A stretch of DNA of 64,000 bases from Nitrospirota bacterium (GTDB lineage Bacteria > JACPQY01). Below the pieces are notes generated by a model. That model saw only the letters and a program-made list of their open reading frames with translations. It had not been told where the DNA came from and ran no database searches. The position numbers and the translations under genes are program-made. Positions 17,801 to 26,644 of this stretch are shown here, piece after piece (position 1 is the first letter of the stretch; every line of letters starts with the position of its first letter). Location of the stretch: the NCBI GenBank assembly GCA_016180645.1, contig JACPAV010000011.1, positions 1 to 64,000 of the forward strand. Direction: 5' to 3'.

Positions 17801-19769
17801 TGGAAACAATGCCGACGAAACGCCCGGCACGAACGCGTGCGGCATGTGCAAACCCATTGGACTTGCGGTTCGAACCGATCAACAGTGCGACTCGACGGGA
17901 CCCCCCGCCGGTTCATGCCTCTTCGTCTCCGAGTACTGCAATCATCGAATCACCATGTTCAACAAAGCCTCCGCCGCCGCGGCATTCACCAACGGTGCGG
18001 GCGCCAACTGGGTGTTCGGGCAGGCGGGATTTACCACCGCCACGCAGGCGACCACCCAAACGGGCCTCAAGTTCCCACGGGGACTCGCTTTGAGCACCGC
18101 TACCAACAAGCTCTACGTCGCCGATTCGGTCAACAACAGGGTCACTCGATACGACGTATTCATGGTCGGCAACAATGAGACTGCGGACGGTCTCTTGGGA
18201 CAATCGGCTTGGAACGGCGCCGGACCCGGCACATCGGCCGGAACCCTGAGAGATCCCCGGGGTCTCTCCATCAATTCGTCCGGGACAAAACTTTTCGTCT
18301 CGGAGGGAACCGCAACGCTCATCCAAGGCCGAACAACCGTCTTCAGTCTTCCTATTGCATGTGTCTCTCCTCCAGCCAGTTGTCCGGAAAACGCAGCCAA
18401 CGTTCTCGGGCAGGTCAATTTCACGGCCAGCGGGGGAAACACCACCCAATCGGGCCAGAGAAACGCCAGCGATGTTCTCCACGTGGGATCCGGCGCCAAT
18501 CAAGCCCTATATGTGGCCGACTCGAGCAACAACAGATTGATCGTGTACGACCCGGTCACCATCACGGACGGGGAACCGGCGGTCGACCTGGCCGGACAGA
18601 CCGGCGCGGCGGGCGTCGCCAATTGGTCCAAGGGCAATCCGAACAACGCGGACGACGCGGGGCTCTACGCCCCGTGGCACGCGGTGGTCGACACGGTCCG
18701 TACGCGGATGTTTGTGGCCGATTCGTCCAACAACCGTGTTCTGGTGTTCAATCTTTCGGCGGACAACGTACTTCTCGATCACAAAGCGGACGCGGTCATC
18801 GGTCAACCAACCCTCTATGCGGCAAGTGCGCCCAACGCTTCACCCGCACCCGCAAGCGCCACCAACCAGGACCTCAACTACCCCGGCGCCCTCGCCATCG
18901 ACGAGCAAAACGGAAAACTCTTCGTGGCCGATTCGAACAATAACCGTGTGTTGGTCTTCGATGTAAGTGCGGCCCTTCTCTCCAACTACCCGACGGCCAC
19001 GAATGTGATCGGCCAGACTTCTTTCGCCGCCGTGGCCACAGCCTGCTCGCAGACCGGCCTGAACTATCCGTTCGCGTTGGCCTTTGATCCCGTGAATCCC
19101 TCCGTGACGACGGATGACAGGCTGTTCGTATCCGACAACTTCAACAATCGTGTGATGGTCTACAGCGTCGGGGATGGCATCCTCAGCACCAACGAGGCCG
19201 CCGTGAGCGTGATCGGGGCGACCGGCGGAACGCCCTTCGCCGACCTCTGCCCAGGCTCAGGCACTCCAAACCAAACCCAGTTCAATTCCGGCGGAGGCCC
19301 GTGCGGGGTCGCGCTGGACGGTGGGACTCTCTTCGTGAGCGACGCCAACAACAACCGCGTGCTCGTGTTCAACGTGGGCGATGGAATCTCAAACGGCGCG
19401 GAGAATGCGATCAACGTCCTGGGCCAGGCGAACTTTACTTCCGGAGGCGCCGCCCTGACCCAATCCGGCCTCTCGAATCCCGAGGGGCTTGCCGCAGATC
19501 CGGCGGCCAAAAGGTTGTATGTCGCCGACGACGGCAACAATCGAATTCTGGTCTTCGATATCTCGACGCTTTCGGCTCCCCCCACCGCCCAGAACGCCGT
19601 GGGCGTGATCGGCCAGACCAACTTCACGTTGAACGACTTCGGCACCAGCGCAACCCTGTTCGACACGAACCCCGGCGACCCGATGACCCGCCTCTCTCTG
19701 ACCGGAACCGGCACCCTCCTCATGGGCGACGCCGAAAACAACCGAATCCTCGCCTTTCCAGTTCAGTAG
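14883..19769 (+). CDS. Giant surface lipoprotein: Ig-like repeats, Cys-rich repeat, FN3-like domain, NHL beta-propeller repeats
   Basis: Lipobox-like STSC; D.TPP.T Ig repeats; CGNKICESGE...CPGDC; many L.VAD..NNRVLVF / VLGQ..F blades. Exact start uncertain. Confidence 0.85.
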   Translation: MEEFDMGRGNAYFGIVNFGGGLKLSHWGAIAFLLLLSTSCIRKSDQTQSTQISSADEGIALDVGIPLSPEIASALTGVEEDAEVDVFAGDELVAEGVRGGVRAGVRGGIRASEQSGVRGGVRGGVRASSQGGVRAAPARQAAAGGQPPAGDENTIVYQFTFQLPVAHARDGANNIRSRVRSRKNKDIPFVEVTATVTIKVPPPPDPSAPPGTDATPAISFQIEETPIPINQVVLPDVDGDGVSSLVEVATAKATTGSIEQALAAAADATIAPTQEQVVAAFTQLGKTLEKNLKDSGVTVKVDLEKIDVTPPDTTATLDRVQAKVGEPITVATSCSKSNCVYRCTLDEKLPAACPSPFILNNAAAPLPEGPHALAVRAADALGNTDQTPVVLSFTVLPKAECGNKICESGETEISCPGDCDKVPPNTSIAKVESVHGADLTGLSVTNQEELRITLTCTKSACTFECAIAKDGQFGFGPCANPATPALSKGDGEYTFRARAKDANGNVDPTPAEFKITLDKTPPETTINNNPPAITNQKSAAIGFSCTEPGTLTPGPCSFLCQLDTGTPAPCSSPFTATNLGDGTHTFTVAAADALGNPDATPAGFSWVVDTVLPGITLSAGPPPFTNANRPSFTFSSTDSTAVFECHMDNLPFNACTSPVVPPIPLLDGAHTFEVRAADPAGNVSGAAQSSFTVDTVLPTALSVRDGLSGYTLDQDIQSDTTKLAAWWNASSDAGSGLDRYEVAVGTTVCTGASPGSIMAATSNSLTNSITKTALALSAGTQYFVNVMTFDKAGNVRCDSSDGIKIGAPGLAIDVLGHLLPGDSVFYTAGGPNNPRAESFDGPGGLVYDTANDRLFASDSLNNRVLVFNCNSTTKMPLDRQPDFVLGQSDFVSTTPGTSSTKMNEPRGLTIEYNGATAQWLYVADHLNHRVLIFNLSDGLVSGEAAANVLGQGLLTASTQDWRGDAPVCGGNNNGNNADETPGTNACGMCKPIGLAVRTDQQCDSTGPPAGSCLFVSEYCNHRITMFNKASAAAAFTNGAGANWVFGQAGFTTATQATTQTGLKFPRGLALSTATNKLYVADSVNNRVTRYDVFMVGNNETADGLLGQSAWNGAGPGTSAGTLRDPRGLSINSSGTKLFVSEGTATLIQGRTTVFSLPIACVSPPASCPENAANVLGQVNFTASGGNTTQSGQRNASDVLHVGSGANQALYVADSSNNRLIVYDPVTITDGEPAVDLAGQTGAAGVANWSKGNPNNADDAGLYAPWHAVVDTVRTRMFVADSSNNRVLVFNLSADNVLLDHKADAVIGQPTLYAASAPNASPAPASATNQDLNYPGALAIDEQNGKLFVADSNNNRVLVFDVSAALLSNYPTATNVIGQTSFAAVATACSQTGLNYPFALAFDPVNPSVTTDDRLFVSDNFNNRVMVYSVGDGILSTNEAAVSVIGATGGTPFADLCPGSGTPNQTQFNSGGGPCGVALDGGTLFVSDANNNRVLVFNVGDGISNGAENAINVLGQANFTSGGAALTQSGLSNPEGLAADPAAKRLYVADDGNNRILVFDISTLSAPPTAQNAVGVIGQTNFTLNDFGTSATLFDTNPGDPMTRLSLTGTGTLLMGDAENNRILAFPVQ

Positions 19770-19989
19770 AGGCTAGGCATGCCTCGCCCCTACAAACGGT
19801 GGGTCAGAGGGGGTAGCCGCGGGCTTTAGGCCGCACCGTTTTCCTCACCGGTAGCCGCGGCCTTTAGGCCGCGTCCGATGACACACCCTTCCGGTAGCCG
19901 CGGCCTTTAGGCCGCGTCCGATGACACACCCTTCCGGTAGCCGCGGCCTTTAGGCCGCGTCCGAAGCGCAGGCTAAAGCCTGCGGCTAC
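19766..19989. repeat. REP cluster (GTAG family) with 43-bp tandem units
   Basis: GTAGAGGCTAGGCATGCCTCGCCCCTAC at 19766; GTAGCCGCGG(C/G)CTTTAGGCCGC at 19813, 19851, 19894 and 19937; inverted copy ending at 19989. Confidence 0.9.
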
Positions 19990-20660
19990 AGCAGGGAGCG
20001 TCTGATCCCGGTGAGACGATTGTGCGCCAGCCGGGTAGGCTCCGGAATTCTATAACCCTTCAAGCATGACTTCACGATCTTCAGCGAAGTCCCTACAGAT
20101 ACGAGATGGCCGGGGGACACAAATAATAAACTCTTCCCGCTGGACGGACGCAGTACAGTCCCGATCGCCCTGCCCGACTTGTCCCTGAGTCCGATCGATC
20201 TCCCCGATGCCGAGGGATCACGGTACTCCCCACACAGCCAGCTTTTCGCACAGCCAATCGTCATCTCGCCGGTTACAACTCCGAAATGCGCCGCGATTCC
20301 AAACCGCCTGGGATGGGCGATCCCTTGGCCGTCGATCAGAAACACATCCGCTTTCTCCTCCATCTTGCCGTACGCCTTGAGCAACAGCGGGAGTTCGCGG
20401 TAGGCAAGGAATCCCGGCACGTAGGGAAACGTAACGCGGGCGTGCGCCGTGACCACCTCCAACACTTCCATCGCTGGGAATGTCAATCGAACGATGCACG
20501 CTATTCCTTCCGTGGGCGTTTTCCACGAATTTATGAAGGTCAGATCGCACCCGGCGATCGTCCGGACTTTTGAAAGATCCAACCCATCGCACAGGCTCAC
20601 ATCTCGGGCGAGTCGTTCTTGTTCTCTCTTCAAGTGACTGAGGTTCCGGAGCGAACCCAT
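19986..20660 (-). CDS. nfi: Endonuclease V
   Basis: AGCD, FPYVPGFLAYRE, DGQGIAHPRRFGIA.H, GCAKS and PEPTRLAH. Confidence 0.95.
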   Translation of the reverse strand: MGSLRNLSHLKREQERLARDVSLCDGLDLSKVRTIAGCDLTFINSWKTPTEGIACIVRLTFPAMEVLEVVTAHARVTFPYVPGFLAYRELPLLLKAYGKMEEKADVFLIDGQGIAHPRRFGIAAHFGVVTGEMTIGCAKSWLCGEYRDPSASGRSIGLRDKSGRAIGTVLRPSSGKSLLFVSPGHLVSVGTSLKIVKSCLKGYRIPEPTRLAHNRLTGIRRSLL

Positions 20661-20719
20661 CGAGACATCCTATACCAAGTGCGGTCACGATTTGAGCTTT
20701 CCCCAGGCGGGGTAGATGG

Positions 20720-20802
20720 GTAGGCGCAGGCTTCATGCCTGCGTCCGAGGGCGCACCCGTAAAGGGTGCGTCTTCGGACGCGGGCATAAAGCCCGCGACT
20801 AC
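20720..20802. repeat. REP pair (BIME-like)
   Basis: GTAGGCGCAGGCTTCATGCCTGCG ... CGCGGGCATAAAGCCCGCGACTAC. Confidence 0.85.
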
Positions 20803-20914
20803 CAAGCCTGGCCATTCCGGTGGCCAGAGAGGTTCGAAAGCTCAAATTGCCGGTCCGGTTCATTGACTCAAAGCGTCATTCTGCTAGGATCGATTCAAGA
20901 AGCGAGCATCAACT

Positions 20915-22465
20915 TTGGCCATCGATCACAAAATCGCCGACCTCGAACGCCTCGAAAAAGAAGCGGATCTCGCGGGCGGACAGGAGCGCATCAACAAACA
21001 GCACGAGGCGGGAAAACTCACCGCCCGTGAGCGCATTCTCAAGCTCGTGGATGAAGGCTCCTTCGTCGAAGTCGACAAGTTCGTCACCCATCAGTGCACC
21101 GATTTCGGGATGGAGCAGAAAAAAGTGCTCGGCGACGGCGTGGTGGTCGGCCACGGAAGGATCGACGGTCGCCTGGTCTTCGTCTTCTCGCAGGACTTCA
21201 CCGTGTTCGGCGGCTCCCTCTCCGGCGCCTACGCCCGGAAGATCTGCAAAATCATGGATCTCGCGGGCAAGGTCGGCGCGCCCGTCATCGGGCTGAACGA
21301 CTCCGGCGGCGCGAGAATTCAAGAGGGCGTCGTCAGCCTCGCGGGCTACGCCGATATCTTTCTCCGCAACGTCATGTTCTCGGGTGTGATCCCTCAAATC
21401 TCCACGATCATGGGACCTTGCGCCGGCGGCGCCGTCTACTCACCCGCCATGACCGATTTCATCATCATGGTGCGCGACACCAGCTACATGTTCGTCACCG
21501 GGCCGGACGTAATCAAAACGGTGACCCGAGAAGACGTCACGAAGGAACGTCTCGGCGGCGCCGAGGCGCACTCCACGGCAAGCGGCGTGGCCCATCTCGT
21601 GGCGGACGACGACGAACAGAGCCTGCTCCTCACGCGAGAACTCTTCTCCTACGTCCCCCAGAACAACATGGAGGACCCTCCCCATCGGCTGACCAAGGAC
21701 CCTCCCAACCGGATCGACCTTTCGCTCCGGAATCTGGTGCCGGAAGATCCCAACAAGCCCTACGACATCCGGGATCTCATCAAGAAGGTGGGCGATGACG
21801 GGCAGTTTCTTGAGGTTCAAGCCGGCTACGCCCAGAATATCGTCATCGGTTTCATGCACCTCAAGGGGAGGTCGGTCGGAGTCGTGGCCAATCAGCCGGC
21901 GTATCTGGCGGGATGCCTGGACATCAACGCTTCCGTAAAAGCCGCCCGGTTCGTCCGCTTCTGCGATGCCTTCAATATTCCCCTGATCACATTCGTGGAC
22001 GTCCCCGGTTTCCTGCCCGGCACCGCACAGGAATGGGGAGGGATCATCCGGCAAGGATCGAAACTCCTCTACGCCTTCTGCGAAGCCACCGTTCCCAAGA
22101 TCACCGTCATCACGCGCAAGGCCTATGGCGGGGCGTACGACGTCATGAGCAGCAAGCACATCCGCGGCGACGTGAACTATGCATTTCCCTCGGCGGAAAT
22201 CGCGGTCATGGGTCCCGAAGGGGCCGTGAATGTCGTCTTTCGAAAAGAACTGGACGAAGCGGGCGATCCCGAGAAGAAGCGCGTGGAGTTGGTGGGCGAC
22301 TACCGAACGAAGTTTGCCAATCCCTTCAAAGCCGCGGAGTTGGGGTATATCGACGAAGTCATCCGGCCGGAGGAGACGCGCGTGAAACTCAACACGGCGC
22401 TGGACATGCTCCGGAACAAGCGCGACACCAACCCGCCTAAGAAACACGGCAATATCCCGCTCTAG
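20915..22465 (+). CDS. pccB: Acyl-CoA (propionyl-CoA) carboxylase carboxyltransferase subunit
   Basis: [45 protein letters not shown] and KKHGNIPL. Confidence 0.92.
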   Translation: MAIDHKIADLERLEKEADLAGGQERINKQHEAGKLTARERILKLVDEGSFVEVDKFVTHQCTDFGMEQKKVLGDGVVVGHGRIDGRLVFVFSQDFTVFGGSLSGAYARKICKIMDLAGKVGAPVIGLNDSGGARIQEGVVSLAGYADIFLRNVMFSGVIPQISTIMGPCAGGAVYSPAMTDFIIMVRDTSYMFVTGPDVIKTVTREDVTKERLGGAEAHSTASGVAHLVADDDEQSLLLTRELFSYVPQNNMEDPPHRLTKDPPNRIDLSLRNLVPEDPNKPYDIRDLIKKVGDDGQFLEVQAGYAQNIVIGFMHLKGRSVGVVANQPAYLAGCLDINASVKAARFVRFCDAFNIPLITFVDVPGFLPGTAQEWGGIIRQGSKLLYAFCEATVPKITVITRKAYGGAYDVMSSKHIRGDVNYAFPSAEIAVMGPEGAVNVVFRKELDEAGDPEKKRVELVGDYRTKFANPFKAAELGYIDEVIRPEETRVKLNTALDMLRNKRDTNPPKKHGNIPL

Positions 22466-22485
22466 AAAGTGATGCGTGATGAGTG

Positions 22486-23493
22486 ATGAGTGATGAGAAG
22501 GACAATGAGTTGGTGTGGGACGGGGCAAAGAAGGGCCACTACGAGGTCTATTACCTGAAGTTCAATCAAGCCAAGACCAAAACGGCTTGGTGGATCCGGT
22601 TCACATTGAACGCCCCTCTTCCCGGGAAAGGGGATCCCATCGCCGAGCTCTGGGGCATCTTTTTCGACGGCAATGATTTCAAGCGGAATGCCGCATTCAA
22701 GAAAACGATCCCCTTCGCCGAGGCCTCGATCGGCCGCAACCCCCACCAGTTCAAGATCGGCTCGGCGGTCCTCAAACACAACGAATCCTGGGGAAAGCTT
22801 GATGGGAACGGCCGCAGTCTCGAATGGGACCTCAAAATGACCTCCGAGGGAGGGACCTTCCGCCATTTCCCGTATCCGGGCATGTACACGGGCAAGCTTC
22901 CGAAAACGAAGGTGCTCTCTCCGCACATGAACGGCCGCTTTAGCGGCACGATCAAGGTAGACGGGCAGACGTACTCGCTCGTGAACGAGCCGGGACAACA
23001 AACGCACATCTGGGGAACGAAGCACGCCTATCGCTGGGTCTGGGGCCACTGCAACCTATTCAAGGAAGATCCGGGTGCCGTGCTCGAGCTGCTCTCCGCC
23101 CAGATCAAGATCGGCCCAATCCCCACGCCCGTCATCAGCGTCTTCCACCTCGTTCATCGCGGGAAAGCGTACACCGTGAACCGTATTGGCGAGTCGTTGC
23201 GCGTCAAGAGCCGGTGGGACGTCGGGAAATGGAATTTCGCGGTCGCTACGCAGGATCGCCGCTTCGAGATCGAAGTCAATTCCCGGCTGGAGAATTTCGT
23301 CGGCGTGGAATACACCGATCCCGATCTCGAACACGCCTACTGCTACAATACGAAGATTGCGGATTGCCGGGTCAGCATTCTTGAGCCCAAGGATGGAGAG
23401 TGGGTTCCTTCGGGGGTGCTGACGAGCGATGGTGGCGCAGCCTTTGAGGTTGCGCAGCGAAACAAGGATCCGCGCGTCGCCGTTCGGATCTGA
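22486..23493 (+). CDS. Tocopherol-cyclase/hydratase-like beta-barrel protein
   Basis: GHYEVYY, WWIRFT, H.WG.KHA.RW.W.HCN and Y.DPD...YCYN. Confidence 0.65.
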   Translation: MSDEKDNELVWDGAKKGHYEVYYLKFNQAKTKTAWWIRFTLNAPLPGKGDPIAELWGIFFDGNDFKRNAAFKKTIPFAEASIGRNPHQFKIGSAVLKHNESWGKLDGNGRSLEWDLKMTSEGGTFRHFPYPGMYTGKLPKTKVLSPHMNGRFSGTIKVDGQTYSLVNEPGQQTHIWGTKHAYRWVWGHCNLFKEDPGAVLELLSAQIKIGPIPTPVISVFHLVHRGKAYTVNRIGESLRVKSRWDVGKWNFAVATQDRRFEIEVNSRLENFVGVEYTDPDLEHAYCYNTKIADCRVSILEPKDGEWVPSGVLTSDGGAAFEVAQRNKDPRVAVRI

Positions 23494-23613
23494 TCAATTC
23501 CGCGACATCACCCGGTAAACAATTTCACTATCCGCTCATGAAAGCGAACAGTCCCGCCGAATGTGGCAGTAGAGATGCGAATTCAATATATTGTAAACAA
23601 ATAAACTCACTAG

Positions 23614-23629
23614 TGGGACAAACATTGCT
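23614..23629 (+). promoter_or_regulatory. Sigma54 -24/-12 promoter with upstream IHF-like site
   Basis: TGGGAC-N5-TTGCT; ATTCAATATATTG at 23581-23593 is one mismatch from WATCAANNNNTTR. Confidence 0.6.
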
Positions 23630-23653
23630 GTTAATAACTACATGAGGGGTTTG

Positions 23654-23746
23654 ATGAATCTGATACCGGCTCTGTTCGCAGCGTTCTTCGGCCTGATCTT
23701 CACGGTCTCCTATCTCCTGCTGCAAACGAATCTCGTCAGCGCCTGA
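23654..23746 (+). CDS. 30-aa single-TM small protein (alternative start 23642)
   Basis: MNLIPALFAAFFGLIFTVSYLLLQTNLVSA; GAGGGG RBS; sits after the sigma54 promoter. Confidence 0.5.
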   Translation: MNLIPALFAAFFGLIFTVSYLLLQTNLVSA

Positions 23747-23876
23747 AGCTGCAAACAACTGCTCGGCTACTACGGCTCTCGATCCGCCCTGGACCTGGAT
23801 CCATATCAATATTACGAGCAATTCAAGACTTATAGCGGAGCCTTAGGGCTCCGCTACGGGAGAACAGATGAAACGG

Positions 23877-25268
23877 CTAGTTCTGGCGGTCTTCCGAATC
23901 CACGGAGGTGACCTTGGCTGGCGATGACGCTTGGATTCCGTATTCTTTGAGCTTTCGCCAGAGCGTGGCCGGTGAGATTCCGAGCGTATGAGCGGTCTTG
24001 TCTTTCTGCCCCTTGAAGTGATGGAGAGCCCGCATGATGCAGTTCTTCTCCACCTCGGAAAGCGGGAGGATGACCTCCTCTTTCTCGGCGCGGTCGATAC
24101 CCACAATCTGCGAGAGTTCATTCATCGATATGATATTGCCCACGGCCAGGATCACGGCCCTCTCGATCACATGCTCCAACTCCCGCACGTTTCCCCCCCA
24201 CTCCCGCTGCTCCAAGCATCGAAGCCCGTCGGGGGATACACCCTCGACCGGCTTCCCGAATTTCCGGGCGTACTGGCCGACGAAATGCTGGACGAGCAGG
24301 GGAATATCAACCACCCTCTCCCGAAGGGGCGGCATGATGAGATGGAAGACCGTCAGCCGGTAGTACAGATCCTCGCGGAACTTGTTTTCGCGCAGCGCCC
24401 GCTCAACGTCCAGGTTCGTCGCCGCCACGATCCGGAGGTCCACCTTGTGCGTCCTCACGTCCCCCAGCTTCCGGTATTCACCGGAGTCGAGCACGCGCAG
24501 GAGTTTCGCCTGGAGGGATAGAGGCAGCTCGCCGATCTCGTCGAGAAACAGGGTCGATCCGCTGGCCTCCTCCAGAAGGCCGCGCTTGTCGCTTGCGGCG
24601 CCGGTGAACGCGCCCTTCCGGTAGCCAAAGAGCTCACTCTCCAGCAGATTCTCCGGCAATGCGGCACAGTTGATGCTGACCATCAGCTTCTGTTTCCGCG
24701 TCGAGAGTCCGTGAATCGCACGGGCCACAAGTTCCTTCCCCGTCCCCGTCTCGCCCGTGATCAGGACGTGCGAATCGGAATCCGCCAGATTCACGATCAT
24801 CTTCTTCAGGGTCCGGATACCGTCGGAATCTCCCACAATGTTCTCGATGCTGTTCTGACTCTCCACTGCCAACCGCAGCCGGTCGAGTTCAGCCAGAAGG
24901 TTCTGCCTCTCCACAATCCGATGGATCACGTGCTGAACTTCCTCGGGGTTCACGGGTTTCGAAATGTAATCAAACGCGCCGGCCTTGATCGCCTTCACGG
25001 CCGATTCGATCGTGGCATACGCGGTAACAAGGACCACCTGTGTGTCGCGCCGCACGTCCTTGGCCGCCTTCAAAACTTTGAGCCCATCCATGCCTTCCAT
25101 CACGAGGTCCGTGATGACCACGTCGTAGGACCCCTGCACCAGTCGCGCGGCGGCCGCTTCTCCGCTTGTCGCCTCTTGAACTTCCTTGCCCTCCAGCTGC
25201 ATCGCCTCGACGGCCCGGCGAACGAGCGCCCGGCTCTCGTTCTCGTCGTCGACGATCAGAATCTTCAC
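23877..25268 (-). CDS. NtrC/AtoC-family sigma54-dependent response regulator
   Basis: REC domain (ILIVDD, TDL, KP), GETGTGKE, ESELFG..KGAFTGA, FLDEIG and C-terminal HTH; GTG start. Confidence 0.95.
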   Translation of the reverse strand: MKILIVDDENESRALVRRAVEAMQLEGKEVQEATSGEAAAARLVQGSYDVVITDLVMEGMDGLKVLKAAKDVRRDTQVVLVTAYATIESAVKAIKAGAFDYISKPVNPEEVQHVIHRIVERQNLLAELDRLRLAVESQNSIENIVGDSDGIRTLKKMIVNLADSDSHVLITGETGTGKELVARAIHGLSTRKQKLMVSINCAALPENLLESELFGYRKGAFTGAASDKRGLLEEASGSTLFLDEIGELPLSLQAKLLRVLDSGEYRKLGDVRTHKVDLRIVAATNLDVERALRENKFREDLYYRLTVFHLIMPPLRERVVDIPLLVQHFVGQYARKFGKPVEGVSPDGLRCLEQREWGGNVRELEHVIERAVILAVGNIISMNELSQIVGIDRAEKEEVILPLSEVEKNCIMRALHHFKGQKDKTAHTLGISPATLWRKLKEYGIQASSPAKVTSVDSEDRQN

Positions 25269-25276
25269 GATCGCCC

Positions 25277-26644
25277 TTATCGACCTCGGGCGGGCGACCA
25301 GGCCGGCCAGCCCGATATTCGGACGGAAGGATCCACCTCCCTCTCCACCCCCGCCAGCACGTCCCGCATGATCAGAACAAGATGGTCCTTTCCCTTCTTG
25401 TCGGAAGTGTAGACAAGATGACGTCCGTCCGGCGCCCACGAGGGGAATTCGTGATTGGCCTTCGCGGTGGTGAGGCGTTTGTGCGTCCAGCCGTCGGTGG
25501 AGACCAAATAGACCTGGAATCGGCCCTCGGGGGCCAACCCCGAATACGCAATGAACGAACCGTCGGGCGACCACGCGGGATAGTCGTTTTGCGTCGTCTC
25601 AAAGGTTAGCCGCGTTGCCTCGCCACCCGCCACCGCGGGCATCGTGTAGATCTGCGGCGTTCCACTGCGATCGGATACGAACGCCAGCATCTTGCCGTCC
25701 GGCGACCACGTGGGAGAGGAATCGATCGCCGGGTGGTCCGTGATCCGCTCGATCGAAGTCTTGTCGATGTCCAGAACATACACATCGGAGTTTCTCGCCT
25801 TGGTGATGGTCAACGCGATCCGTTTTCCGTCCGGCGACATCTCCGCGCCATAGTTCAATCCGGGGAAGCTGGAGAGCACTTCCATGGTCCCCGGGTTGAG
25901 CTCATAGACATAGAGATCGGGGTTCCGGCGGATGTACGAGGTAAACAGCAGCCGTCGCCCATCCGAATCCCACGCCGGCGCCAGGTTGAGCGAATGGTTC
26001 CGGGTGATCTGCTTGAAGTTGCGGCCGTCCCAATCCCCGACAAAAATCTCTTTTGCGCCGGATACCTTCCCCACCAGTGCGATGCGGGTCCGGAAGATCC
26101 CCGGCTTTCCCGAAAGCCGTTCCACGAGGCCGTTCATGAACTCGTTGGTGGCGTCCTGCCAGGCCCCCGAGAGCTTCCGCTCGAGGATTTTCGCACCCAG
26201 GATCGTATCGAACGCGTAGAATTGGTAGCCGGGATTCCCGGGAGCCTCGTCCAGATCCACGGCCACCACGACGTCGGCCCCCAAATCCCTCCACCAGGAG
26301 TACCGGAACTCCCCGGTCAACTCGGGCGGCGCCAGAGGAGGAACATTGGGAATGGGCTTGAGGAGCCCGGAGAATTCGAGGTCCTCGGCGAGTTTCTTCC
26401 GTATATCATCCAATACCCCTGCCGGGGCCTGCGCCAACGGTGGGATCGCGCAAGGCACAACGCTTATGGTCGGATCCTTGACCTCAATGTAAATCTTTTC
26501 TTTCGTCCGGTCCGCCGACTTCCCTTCCCCCACGGCTTGAACGCTTGCCGCCCCACAAAGTAGCAGCACAAGTCCGGCCAAGGCAGGGATCTGAGCGTTC
26601 AGCCTGCGCCTATCGCCTTTCGCCCTTCGCCCTGCTGTCGTCAC
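25277..26644 (-). CDS. tolB: TolB-like periplasmic beta-propeller (PD40 repeats)
   Basis: Signal peptide, DLEFSG N-domain, GIFRTRIA and repeated P.WSPDG. Confidence 0.8.
   Translation of the reverse strand: MTTAGRRAKGDRRRLNAQIPALAGLVLLLCGAASVQAVGEGKSADRTKEKIYIEVKDPTISVVPCAIPPLAQAPAGVLDDIRKKLAEDLEFSGLLKPIPNVPPLAPPELTGEFRYSWWRDLGADVVVAVDLDEAPGNPGYQFYAFDTILGAKILERKLSGAWQDATNEFMNGLVERLSGKPGIFRTRIALVGKVSGAKEIFVGDWDGRNFKQITRNHSLNLAPAWDSDGRRLLFTSYIRRNPDLYVYELNPGTMEVLSSFPGLNYGAEMSPDGKRIALTITKARNSDVYVLDIDKTSIERITDHPAIDSSPTWSPDGKMLAFVSDRSGTPQIYTMPAVAGGEATRLTFETTQNDYPAWSPDGSFIAYSGLAPEGRFQVYLVSTDGWTHKRLTTAKANHEFPSWAPDGRHLVYTSDKKGKDHLVLIMRDVLAGVEREVDPSVRISGWPAWSPARGR

Noticed and set aside
19813-19965. 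Possible CRISPR array (regular repeats)
   Set aside because: The last two spacers are identical, the repeats match the dispersed GTAG REP family, and there are no cas genes.
21440-22528. Long antisense ORFs (also 34789-36093 and others)
   Set aside because: They are shadow frames of high-GC genes and show no protein motifs.
23564-23578. Alternative sigma54 site TGGCAG-N5-ATGC
   Set aside because: Its -12 match is poorer than 23614-23629, and the IHF-like site would lie downstream of it.
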